Below are positions 35,554-45,080 of a stretch of DNA of 64,000 bases, piece by piece. The notes beneath the pieces were generated by a model. It was given only the letters and a program-made list of their open reading frames with translations, searched no databases and was not told the DNA's origin. Position numbers and translations under genes: made by a program. Each line of letters begins with the position of its first letter. Positions within the stretch are counted from its first letter, which is position 1. Source of the DNA: an uncultured delta proteobacterium (GTDB lineage Bacteria > Desulfobacterota > Desulfomonilia > UBA1062); assembly GCA_963785235.1 (NCBI GenBank), contig CAWAUM010000002.1, positions 224,001 through 288,000 on the forward strand, written 5' to 3'.

Positions 35554-36327
35554 ATGTCGTATAAAAACACTCTTCAAAAAGTGGACACAGAAAAGGCTTT
35601 ATCGCTTATCGGAATTGAGTATCAGACCCAGGGAGCTTATGTCAAGTTCCCCTGTCCCAACTGCAAGGAACAAGCTGTTATCAAAGCATATGGAGACAAG
35701 AAGAATCTGTATTACTGCCCAAAATGCAAACTTAGCGGCCATATCATATCCCTTGTCATGAAGACTAAGGATATTGAATGGCAGGAAGCTGATCTACTCC
35801 TTTCCAAGACACAGGAAACAGCCAAGAAGATCACTCAAGAACTCACCATGAAATATGAGCTCCAGTATGACAAATATCTTGAAAACATCGGCTTAACTGA
35901 GAAATTCTGTAGAGACTACGAAATCGGTGTACCCAAAGGGAAGACGATGCTTGCTGGGTGCGTGGCGTTCACGGTCAAAGATGAAACTGGGTTAAAGGTG
36001 GCCTATTACGGGATAAAGATGAAGGACAGGAAGCCAATGTTCCATAAGTCATTCAATCCTGAACTCTACCTGTACAACTTGTGCAATATCAATCCGGGTG
36101 AAATGAAAGAACCTGTCTACTTCACCACTGACATCTTAAAATGTGTCAGGATGATTCAAGAGGGCAAACAGTGTATCTCAAGCTTCGGCCTCCCATATCT
36201 CTCGAATTATCATATCGAGCTTCTACAGAGTATCGAACACATAGTCTTCAAGGTTGATGCCGAGCTTATTAAGCCTATAGCTATTCAGCTTTCTGAAAGC
36301 CGTAAGGGATTCTATTATTTCGAATAA
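35554..36327 (+). CDS. DnaG-like protein (C4 zinc-binding domain plus degenerate primase core)
   Basis: CPNC...YYCPKC-SGHIISLV zinc domain; YLENIGL...YEIG...VAFTVKD...VAYYG...LYNL; TOPRIM-like tail lacking acidic residues; RBS AAGGAGG. Confidence 0.7.
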   Translation: MSYKNTLQKVDTEKALSLIGIEYQTQGAYVKFPCPNCKEQAVIKAYGDKKNLYYCPKCKLSGHIISLVMKTKDIEWQEADLLLSKTQETAKKITQELTMKYELQYDKYLENIGLTEKFCRDYEIGVPKGKTMLAGCVAFTVKDETGLKVAYYGIKMKDRKPMFHKSFNPELYLYNLCNINPGEMKEPVYFTTDILKCVRMIQEGKQCISSFGLPYLSNYHIELLQSIEHIVFKVDAELIKPIAIQLSESRKGFYYFE

Positions 36328-36336
36328 CTCATAAGA

Positions 36337-36373
36337 AAAAGGGAGAGTATCACAATGTGATTCTCTCCCTTTT
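36337..36373 (+). terminator. Intrinsic (possibly bidirectional) terminator
   Basis: AAAAGGGAGAG...CTCTCCCTTTT hairpin. Confidence 0.75.
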
Positions 36374-36411
36374 AAATTTGATCTGAAATTTGTGGAGTCT
36401 TATATGTTGCA

Positions 36412-36427
36412 TATTCCACGTGGAACA
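36412..36427. promoter_or_regulatory. parS-like site inside the island
   Basis: TATTCCACGTGGAACA, 15/16 match to TGTTCCACGTGGAACA. Confidence 0.65.
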
Positions 36428-36727
36428 ATGTTAAGACTACCAGTTAATATCCCAATTATTATAGGATATCTTTGTACAAACCCTTCAGTTAGGCAAATGT
36501 TGGTTATAGAACATAATCTCTGGTTGAGTGTGTGAACATAGAACAGATGATTTTTATTGCATTATCATCACATTAGCCTATATGAATAGTTCTCCTAAAA
36601 ATCAATGGTTGAGATCTAGTGTTCCGCCTTGATTTTACAAGTCTAGATTTTGATGGTAGTGCTTACATAAAAAAGGCAGGGTTTTAAAATAGCCCCTGCC
36701 TTCATTCGGGTCGATTATAAATTAGTA

Positions 36728-37447
36728 TCAGTCAAATGCCATGGAAGTCTTCCAGACTTCCCAAACCTTCCCGACAAGATCCGGTCCAGGTTTGAGTGTT
36801 AATTTACCTGGTCTCCATCCTGATGGTGTTGCTTCGGTCCCTTTGCTGTTTCTTACAAGCTGAAATGCCTGGATCTGCCTTAGTGTCTCATTTACATTTC
36901 TTCCCACCGGTGGGGTAAGTACTTCATAACCCTGTATCACACCATCGGGATCGATAAGGAACCGCCCACGCATCTCTACCCCAGCATCAGGATCGTAGAC
37001 ATTATAGACACTGCCCACTCTCCCACCTGAATCGGATAGCATGGCAAAAGGGACACCATCCTTAACCATTTTAGAAAGCTCATGATCATTCCACATCTTG
37101 TGGACGAAGACGCTGTCAATGCTCATGGAAAAGACCTCGACACCAAGCTTCTGGAACTCACCGTATTTCTCGGCAACTGCCGAGATCTCAGTTGCTCAGA
37201 CAAAGGTGAAATCACCCGGGTAGAAACAGAGCACCACCCACTTGCCGAGGGACTCCGAGAGCTTGATCTGTACGAACTTGCCCTTGAGATACGCCGGGGC
37301 AGTGAAGTCCGGGGCCTTACCTCCAACCTTAATCATGATCTTGGTCTCCTTTCTGATACCCTCCTCCAGGGGAGGTGCTGTCTTGGGTTCCTCTCCCACA
37401 GGTCCACCTGTAGGCCTTGCACATCCTGCCTTGATTTCTTCAGGCAT
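36728..37447 (-). CDS. prxU: Selenocysteine-containing peroxiredoxin (PrxU/AhpC-type); in-frame UGA at 37196-37198
   Basis: FYPGDFTFV-UGA-ATEISAVAEKYGEFQKLGVEVFSMSID reads in one frame; UGA is at the peroxidatic Cys position; SECIS-like hairpin follows. Confidence 0.92.
37168..37185 (-). other. Bacterial SECIS element
   Basis: UCUCGGC-AGUU-GCCGAGA hairpin; the loop starts 17 nt after UGA and has G at loop position 2. Confidence 0.75.
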
Positions 37448-37584
37448 AACTAAACTCCTTTCATTTATTAACAGTCGTTCATCATTCCCTCTAAACAATA
37501 GCGCGATTGATCTAATTAATAAAATTATCAGTATTATATGACCGTTTTTTCGCCGCCTGTCAGAAGACCTTAAATATGTTTATG

Positions 37585-39792
<2,208 letters not shown>

Positions 39793-39921
39793 CTACTATG
39801 AATAATAGCGTTTCGCTGCCCATATAACTTACATGGATTTGCCCGCCTGCATTCATTTGGCAGGCTAGAAATTCCCTCATCAGTCTTTGGCTTCCCTGCC
39901 ATTGATTCCGAATCCTCATTT

Positions 39922-40386
39922 TCACAATTCCTTCTTCTGACACTTGGGACATAGACCGAAAAAGTCGAGGCGATGGGAGAAGATCTTGTACCCTGTTTTA
40001 ACGCTCATCTCCTCGCTGATTTCTCCCAGGTGGACAAGCTTAGGGTCCATGATCTTTTTACATCTCGTGCAGATAACATGGGGATGGGGATAGGGCTTGG
40101 TGCCATCATAGCGATTGCTCCCGTCTGGAAACCCAAGCTCCAAGACCTCATTTAGGTCCTTGAGCAGCGATACAGTCTTATATACCGTAGCCAGACTTGT
40201 AGTAGGAAACTGAGTCCTCACCTTCTTGTAGATCTCTTCTACATTGGGATGTTCTTCGCTACCGGCCAGAATAGTAAGCACAGCGATTCTCTGCGGTGTT
40301 ATACGGAAATCATGGCCCTTAATTTTTGAGAGCATCTGGTCTATTCTATCCTTAGGCGATGATATTTTCCCTTGACGATTCATCAT
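39922..40386 (-). CDS. perR: Fur-family regulator, PerR-like
   Basis: RITPQR, HPNVEE, SLATVYKT, HPHVICTRC, CPKC; directly upstream of katG. Confidence 0.85.
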   Translation of the reverse strand: MMNRQGKISSPKDRIDQMLSKIKGHDFRITPQRIAVLTILAGSEEHPNVEEIYKKVRTQFPTTSLATVYKTVSLLKDLNEVLELGFPDGSNRYDGTKPYPHPHVICTRCKKIMDPKLVHLGEISEEMSVKTGYKIFSHRLDFFGLCPKCQKKEL

Positions 40387-40416
40387 GAAAGTCCGATCTA
40401 ATGAGGGTGATTATTT

Positions 40417-40435
40417 ATTAAGAATAATTATTAAT
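40417..40435. promoter_or_regulatory. Candidate PerR/Fur operator
   Basis: 9-1-9 quasi-palindrome ATTAAGAAT-A-ATTATTAAT upstream of the perR-like gene. Confidence 0.5.
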
Positions 40436-40589
40436 ATAATGACCATATTGTGATTTTCAAGATGTCTCTCTCAGATAGTTGGCATCATTGCCCTTATTTG
40501 GTTTATAAATTCCTCGACAACCCTGCCCCTTAATTAGGTAGAATTGGTGAAGCTGGAAGACCAAACATCTAAGTTGTTTGTGGCTCTCT

Positions 40590-41027
40590 TTACTTTAATT
40601 GGTCTGCAATGGCATCATTTAAGGCTTTTTGTGCTTCAAGAAGCTTTTTGTACTTGGAAGTTATTTTAGCCATATTACCAGAAAGAATCGCTTTCAGGAG
40701 ATCGCCTTCCAGTTCGGCCACATCGATTCTCCGGTAGTAGTCCATGGTTTCCTTGAGATGGGCCAGAACGATCTTTCCGGTTAGGATGGGATGGTTGTTC
40801 GTGACATTGGCGTCTTTAAATCTCGTCCCGTGCTCCAGTTCCACCTCCAATCCCATGCGAAAATCTTCGAGAGGTATAGGCATACCCTCAGTATTGACAA
40901 TAGCGAGAATTTTAGAGCTCTCTTCTATCGAAACAACCGCTTCAGTCCGTTTTGACCAATCGTCCATCTCAATCTCATCACAAACCCTAGCGACTTCTTT
41001 CGCTGTTACGTAATCAGGCAATATCAT
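40590..41027 (-). CDS. DUF5661-like protein
   Basis: FRMGLEVELEHG...NVTNNHPILTGKIVLAHLKE..DYY motif. Confidence 0.75.
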   Translation of the reverse strand: MILPDYVTAKEVARVCDEIEMDDWSKRTEAVVSIEESSKILAIVNTEGMPIPLEDFRMGLEVELEHGTRFKDANVTNNHPILTGKIVLAHLKETMDYYRRIDVAELEGDLLKAILSGNMAKITSKYKKLLEAQKALNDAIADQLK

Positions 41028-41780
41028 TTTTTTCTCCTTTCAAAAAAACCTGTGGTCCTGAAATATCTTTCTACGCAGATCTTTACTTAATTGTCTTGAT
41101 AAGATAGTGCTTCTTAAAAGAGGATAATCGTTGGTCTTTCCTTAAGTCTGTCGTGTAGAACTTTTTGCGATAGCATCCTAAGAAACATATCATTCACCTC
41201 TGTCTTTTTAATAATGCACAATCCGCAACATTCAAGAGGTGTAGCCTGTTAGATTGATTATGATCCTGGTTGGCCCCAACCGATGATTTCATGCGAGATT
41301 GTTGAAAAACCTCGGCAAGTGTAAAAATAATCAAATTTGGAACATCAAAACACAAGTCTCGATCAAAATTCTCTCGATGTCGTGTGTTCTGTGAGGTCGT
41401 TTTTCTGCCACCAATCATCCATTTGGTTTTTCAACAAACTCTGCCATCAACATGCCCTGATGTGGAGCGCCGTTCAGCATAGGTCCTGACCCATCATCTC
41501 TTATCGGACCTGAAATGTTTGGTGCCACCAAAAACTTGTATACCTGACCAATTGGTTTCATCAATGCAGGGTTTATTGTGTAATCGCAGAGGCAATAGGT
41601 ATTGATTGGCAAACCCCGTATTTGCCATTCTGACATTTATAGCAGTGCCCCTGAGGGCATTTTGTCATTTTGTACCCGTTCATCTCCCGGCAGAAGGCCT
41701 TTCTGCCAAAGTGGCAGTATCGGGGGAAAACCTGTTGATTATTATTGCCTGTTATCAATGAGTTATAAATTATCAGAACC

Positions 41781-41795
41781 TGGCACGCCCCTTGC
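41781..41795 (+). promoter_or_regulatory. sigma54 promoter (-24/-12) with upstream IHF site
   Basis: TGGCACG-CCCC-TTGC; IHF consensus TATCAA-TGAG-TTA at 41753-41765. Confidence 0.85.
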
Positions 41796-41843
41796 CTTAT
41801 ATAAGCTAGAAAGAAAAAAACAAACCCCAGGGAGGGCAAGACA

Positions 41844-42020
41844 ATGATGACATTATGGATCGTAATCGGCGCACTGTTCATGACCGGCATAGGGATCAGG
41901 TTCACCTACAAGGTATTGGGACTCACCCCGGTAGAAGCAAGCGCGGTATTCGTCCTGGTGGTCGCCCTGGTAACCATCAACACCGGCCCGGCACGTGAGA
42001 TCCTCATGAGCCTGTTCTAA
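41844..42020 (+). CDS. 58-aa two-helix membrane protein (not in the ORF track)
   Basis: MMTLWIVIGALFMTGIGIRFTYKVLGLTPVEASAVFVLVVALVTINTGPAREILMSLF; RBS GGAGG; paralog at 42898-43173. Confidence 0.8.
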   Translation: MMTLWIVIGALFMTGIGIRFTYKVLGLTPVEASAVFVLVVALVTINTGPAREILMSLF

Positions 42021-42061
42021 GGCAGGACTCGATAGAGATAAAAAGGATAAGGAGGAAGGCC

Positions 42062-42301
42062 ATGAAGACAAAGAAAGAAAAGATCGAAAAGGCACTGGCC
42101 AACAGGCTCAGCAGGATAAGCGCATACAGCCTGGTGCTCGTTACGATGACCTTCCTCGGACTCTACGGCGGCATGTATCTGGACAGGGTTCTCGGCATGG
42201 CACCCAACTTCACGATGGTAGGACTGGTGGCCGGCATAGCACTGGGCTTCAAGGGGTTCATCGAAGAGGTCGTGATCGAGAGAAAGGTAAAGAGGGCTTA
42301 G
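42062..42301 (+). CDS. AtpZ/AtpI-family small membrane protein
   Basis: GLYGGMYLDRVLGMAPNFTMVGLVAGIALGF matches the GxxxGxxLD..P.F..GL..G pattern; RBS AGGAGG. Confidence 0.8.
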   Translation: MKTKKEKIEKALANRLSRISAYSLVLVTMTFLGLYGGMYLDRVLGMAPNFTMVGLVAGIALGFKGFIEEVVIERKVKRA

Positions 42302-42303
42302 CC

Positions 42304-42408
42304 ATGACAGTCATCTTTGTAACCATCGGCTTCACAACATTCCTGGCCCTGACTGCACGGTTCTTGAAACGAGCAGAGCATGCTCCCAGGACAGTGCACA
42401 ACCGGTAA
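42304..42408 (+). CDS. 34-aa single-TM small protein
   Basis: MTVIFVTIGFTTFLALTARFLKRAEHAPRTVHNR; starts 2 nt after the upstream stop and ends before the terminator. Confidence 0.5.
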   Translation: MTVIFVTIGFTTFLALTARFLKRAEHAPRTVHNR

Positions 42409-42470
42409 TCAAACAGGACACGTCTACTTTACAGCGTATTTCCTCCCCAGGTAAAATCCATATAACACAC

Positions 42471-42554
42471 CGCGGCCCCTAAAGGGTCGTGTTTTTTATT
42501 CAACTGATTATCCCGCTAAAAGCAACGGGCCGCCTGTAGTGGGCGGCCCGCTTT
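42471..42554. terminator. Two terminators between the convergent operons
   Basis: CGCGGCCC-CTAAA-GGGTCGTG-TTTTTT (+) and CGGGCCGCC-N7-GGCGGCCCG preceded by an A-run (-). Confidence 0.75.
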
Positions 42555-42602
42555 CATGATGCATCTTCTAGATGTTTTTTGATGGCTCTCTTGATGTATT
42601 GA

Positions 42603-42866
42603 CTAAGACTGGAACCTTACTCTTCTTTTATTCAACTCATCCTTGGCCTTTGTGTAGTCCGTGTACATCCGTCCTATGCACAGAGAGAGTCCCAGCATGA
42701 ACAGTCCAAGCATGAAGGTCGGTTCCGTGTTGAACTTTACATCGATCCACCGGCCTGCGAACATGAACAGGAATGAGGAGATAACCAGGGTGAAGCTCCA
42801 TGCGCTCAGCAGTATGATCTGATTCAGCGTCTTTGTCTGGAGTTTGTTTCTTCGTACCCTTTTCAT
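42603..42866 (-). CDS. AtpZ/AtpI-family small membrane protein (second copy)
   Basis: SAWSFTLV...AGRWIDVKFNTEPTFMLGLFMLG; RBS AGGAGGAG. Confidence 0.78.
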   Translation of the reverse strand: MKRVRRNKLQTKTLNQIILLSAWSFTLVISSFLFMFAGRWIDVKFNTEPTFMLGLFMLGLSLCIGRMYTDYTKAKDELNKRRVRFQS

Positions 42867-42897
42867 GGCCTCTCCTCCTTTATAGGTTATGATCTTC

Positions 42898-43173
42898 TTA
42901 GCTGATCATGCCTTTTACTGCTTCAAGGACCGGAGCAGTGAACAGGGCCACGAGCACGGCATACAGTGCGAAAGATCCGATTGCCTCACTCATGTATATC
43001 TTCTCATAGCGATACTTCAAAGAGATGATGGTGAGCCCGCCCATGATCAGACAACCAAGGTGGAAGTACGGTAAGCTGTTGCCGCCGGAAACTGCTGTTG
43101 CTGCAAAAGCAAACGTGCCAGTGATCATTACCACGAACATTGCTACGATTATTGTCTGGATTGTCCTTTTCAT
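42898..43173 (-). CDS. 91-aa membrane protein: signal-peptide-like N-terminus plus two-helix domain
   Basis: MKRTIQ...AFA|ATAVSGGNSLPYFHLGCLIMGGLTIISLKYRYEKIYMSEAIGSFALYAVLVALFTAPVLEAVKGMIS; RBS GGAGG. Confidence 0.8.
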   Translation of the reverse strand: MKRTIQTIIVAMFVVMITGTFAFAATAVSGGNSLPYFHLGCLIMGGLTIISLKYRYEKIYMSEAIGSFALYAVLVALFTAPVLEAVKGMIS

Positions 43174-43212
43174 TGTCTGACCTCCACTTTGTTTTTTTAT
43201 ACTATTTATAAG

Positions 43213-43227
43213 GCATACATTGTGCCA
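43213..43227 (-). promoter_or_regulatory. sigma54 promoter (-24/-12)
   Basis: Minus strand TGGCACA-ATGT-ATGC followed by CTTATA, as in the 41781 promoter. Confidence 0.72.
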
Positions 43228-43628
43228 ACTCTGTGGCATGTGAGCATAATACCTTTCATCATATTGTTAATATTGATTATTAGATGAATTTCCATTCATC
43301 TGAGATCCGGTAGAAACATATAAAAACCATGATTCATTCGATGGAATGTTCAAAGGGATTGAATGAAACGTGTGAAATGCAGGACAACAAGTTGAATAAG
43401 AGTCCCTCGAGGGTCGACATTGATTAAGACCGTGAAAGTCCTCTAAAACGAAAATATCGCAAATCTCACTTCAAGGTTAAAACCCTTGTCTCAAGCTTTT
43501 AAAAAATCAGTGAGCCTTAAAAAATCATCACTCCATAAAACCAAGCCAGAAGCTACTTTACAACGGAAGTACCTCATAGATTTCACCCATGTTGCATGTG
43601 TAAGACACACTAAACCCTTTATAGATCA

Positions 43629-43701
43629 TGCCCCCGGCAGGAATCGGACCTGCGACACCAGGATTAGGAATCCTGTGCTCTATCCACTGAGCTACGGGGG
43701 C
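43629..43701 (-). tRNA. tRNA-Arg(CCT)
   Basis: GCCCCCG/CGGGGGC stem, CAGGA-TTCCTAA-TCCTG anticodon arm, atypical T-loop TCCGATT. Confidence 0.95.
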
Positions 43702-43834
43702 ATTGGGCCTTAATTAACTGCCCGGCCGGATCTAGTCAAGGAGAAAATGGGCATGAAATATAGGCCTTGGCAGGCCCTGGGCAGGTGTTTCGGTCTTGTG
43801 CGGCAAGCGCTGTTGCGCTATAGCCTTCTGTGCA

Positions 43835-45080
43835 ATGAAACGACCTGAAATCTTAGCACCGGCAGGCAGTATGGAGACCCTGCAGACCGCCTGCATCTAC
43901 GGGGCCGATGCCGTGTACATGGGCCTGCGTGGAGATACAAGCCTCAGGGCCTTTGCCAGGAACTTCTCGCCGGAGGAGCTTAGAGAGGCAGTGGCCTTTG
44001 CCCATGCAAAAGGGGTGAAGGTCTATCTGGCGCTGAACACGTATCCCCATGATCAGCAGTATGAGGGGCTCCCCGGCCTGGTCCGCTTTGCTGCTCAGGA
44101 GGCTCATATCGATGCAGTCATTGTATCAGACATTGGGGTATTGAGTCTGGTAAGACAGCTTTGTCCGAATCTTCATGTCCACCTGAGCACCCAGGCCAAT
44201 GCCGTGAGCACCCATGCAGTAAATGCCTGGGCGGCCCTGGGGGTGAACAGGGTGATTCTTGCCCGGGAACTCTCGCGAGAAGAGATCAAGCTTATCAGGA
44301 AGAACTACGGACATCGAACTTGAAATCTTCATTCATGGCAGTGTGTGTATATCCATCTCCGGCAGGTGCCTTATCAGCAATTACCTGTGCGACCGAGATG
44401 CAAATCAAGGCCAGTGCACCCAGCCATGCAGGTGGGACTATGCCCTTGTGGAAAAAACACGGCCCGGGCAGTATATGCCGCTGACCGAAGAAGATGGATT
44501 TACCTCCCTGTACAACTCGAAAGACCTCTGTCTTCTCCCGGTGTTCGACCAGGTCATGGGTCTTGGCCTTGATGGCATCAAGATCGAGGGCAGAAACAAG
44601 GCCCCGTTGTATGTAGCAACAATCGTTTCGGCCTACAGGAATGCCCGGGATGAGTATATGAGAGATCCTGCTGCATTTTCTGTAAAACCCGAGTGGATCA
44701 AGGAGGCAGGAATGGTAAGCAACCGGGCCTACTTCACCGGGTTCTTCACGGGCAGGCCGGACAGCACGGGCATCAATTATGGCTTTAAGGACTATGAGCA
44801 GACGCATCACCTCGCAGCCAAGGTCCTTGGGGTTCAAGACGGCATGACGCTCATGGAGGCCCGCAATCCCCTGATTGCAGGAATGGAGCTTGAATGGCTT
44901 GCAGCAGACGGCACGAGACAAAAATTTATTCTGGAGGGTGCCTTCAGTGAGGGTACCCCCATAGAGCGCATCAGGCCAAGCCAGCTCTTTACCTTAAAGA
45001 CCCCTTTTATTCCGGGTCCGGGCGAACTTATTCGCAAGCCTTTCAGCAAGGGTGACAAGGTCATCCAGGGGAAGACTTGA
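43835..45080 (+). CDS. Peptidase U32 family protein (TrhP-like); indel near 44300
   Basis: PEILAPAG, GADAVY, HLSTQAN, ILAREL; HGSVCISISGRC...CTQPCR, KIEGR. Confidence 0.9.

Noticed and set aside
41194-41636. Short minus-strand ORFs in the island spacer
   Set aside because: No clear RBS or recognisable motifs; possibly a decayed gene, but it cannot be supported.
43302-43628. Integrase expected next to the tRNA
   Set aside because: No ORF of adequate length and no tyrosine or serine recombinase motifs.
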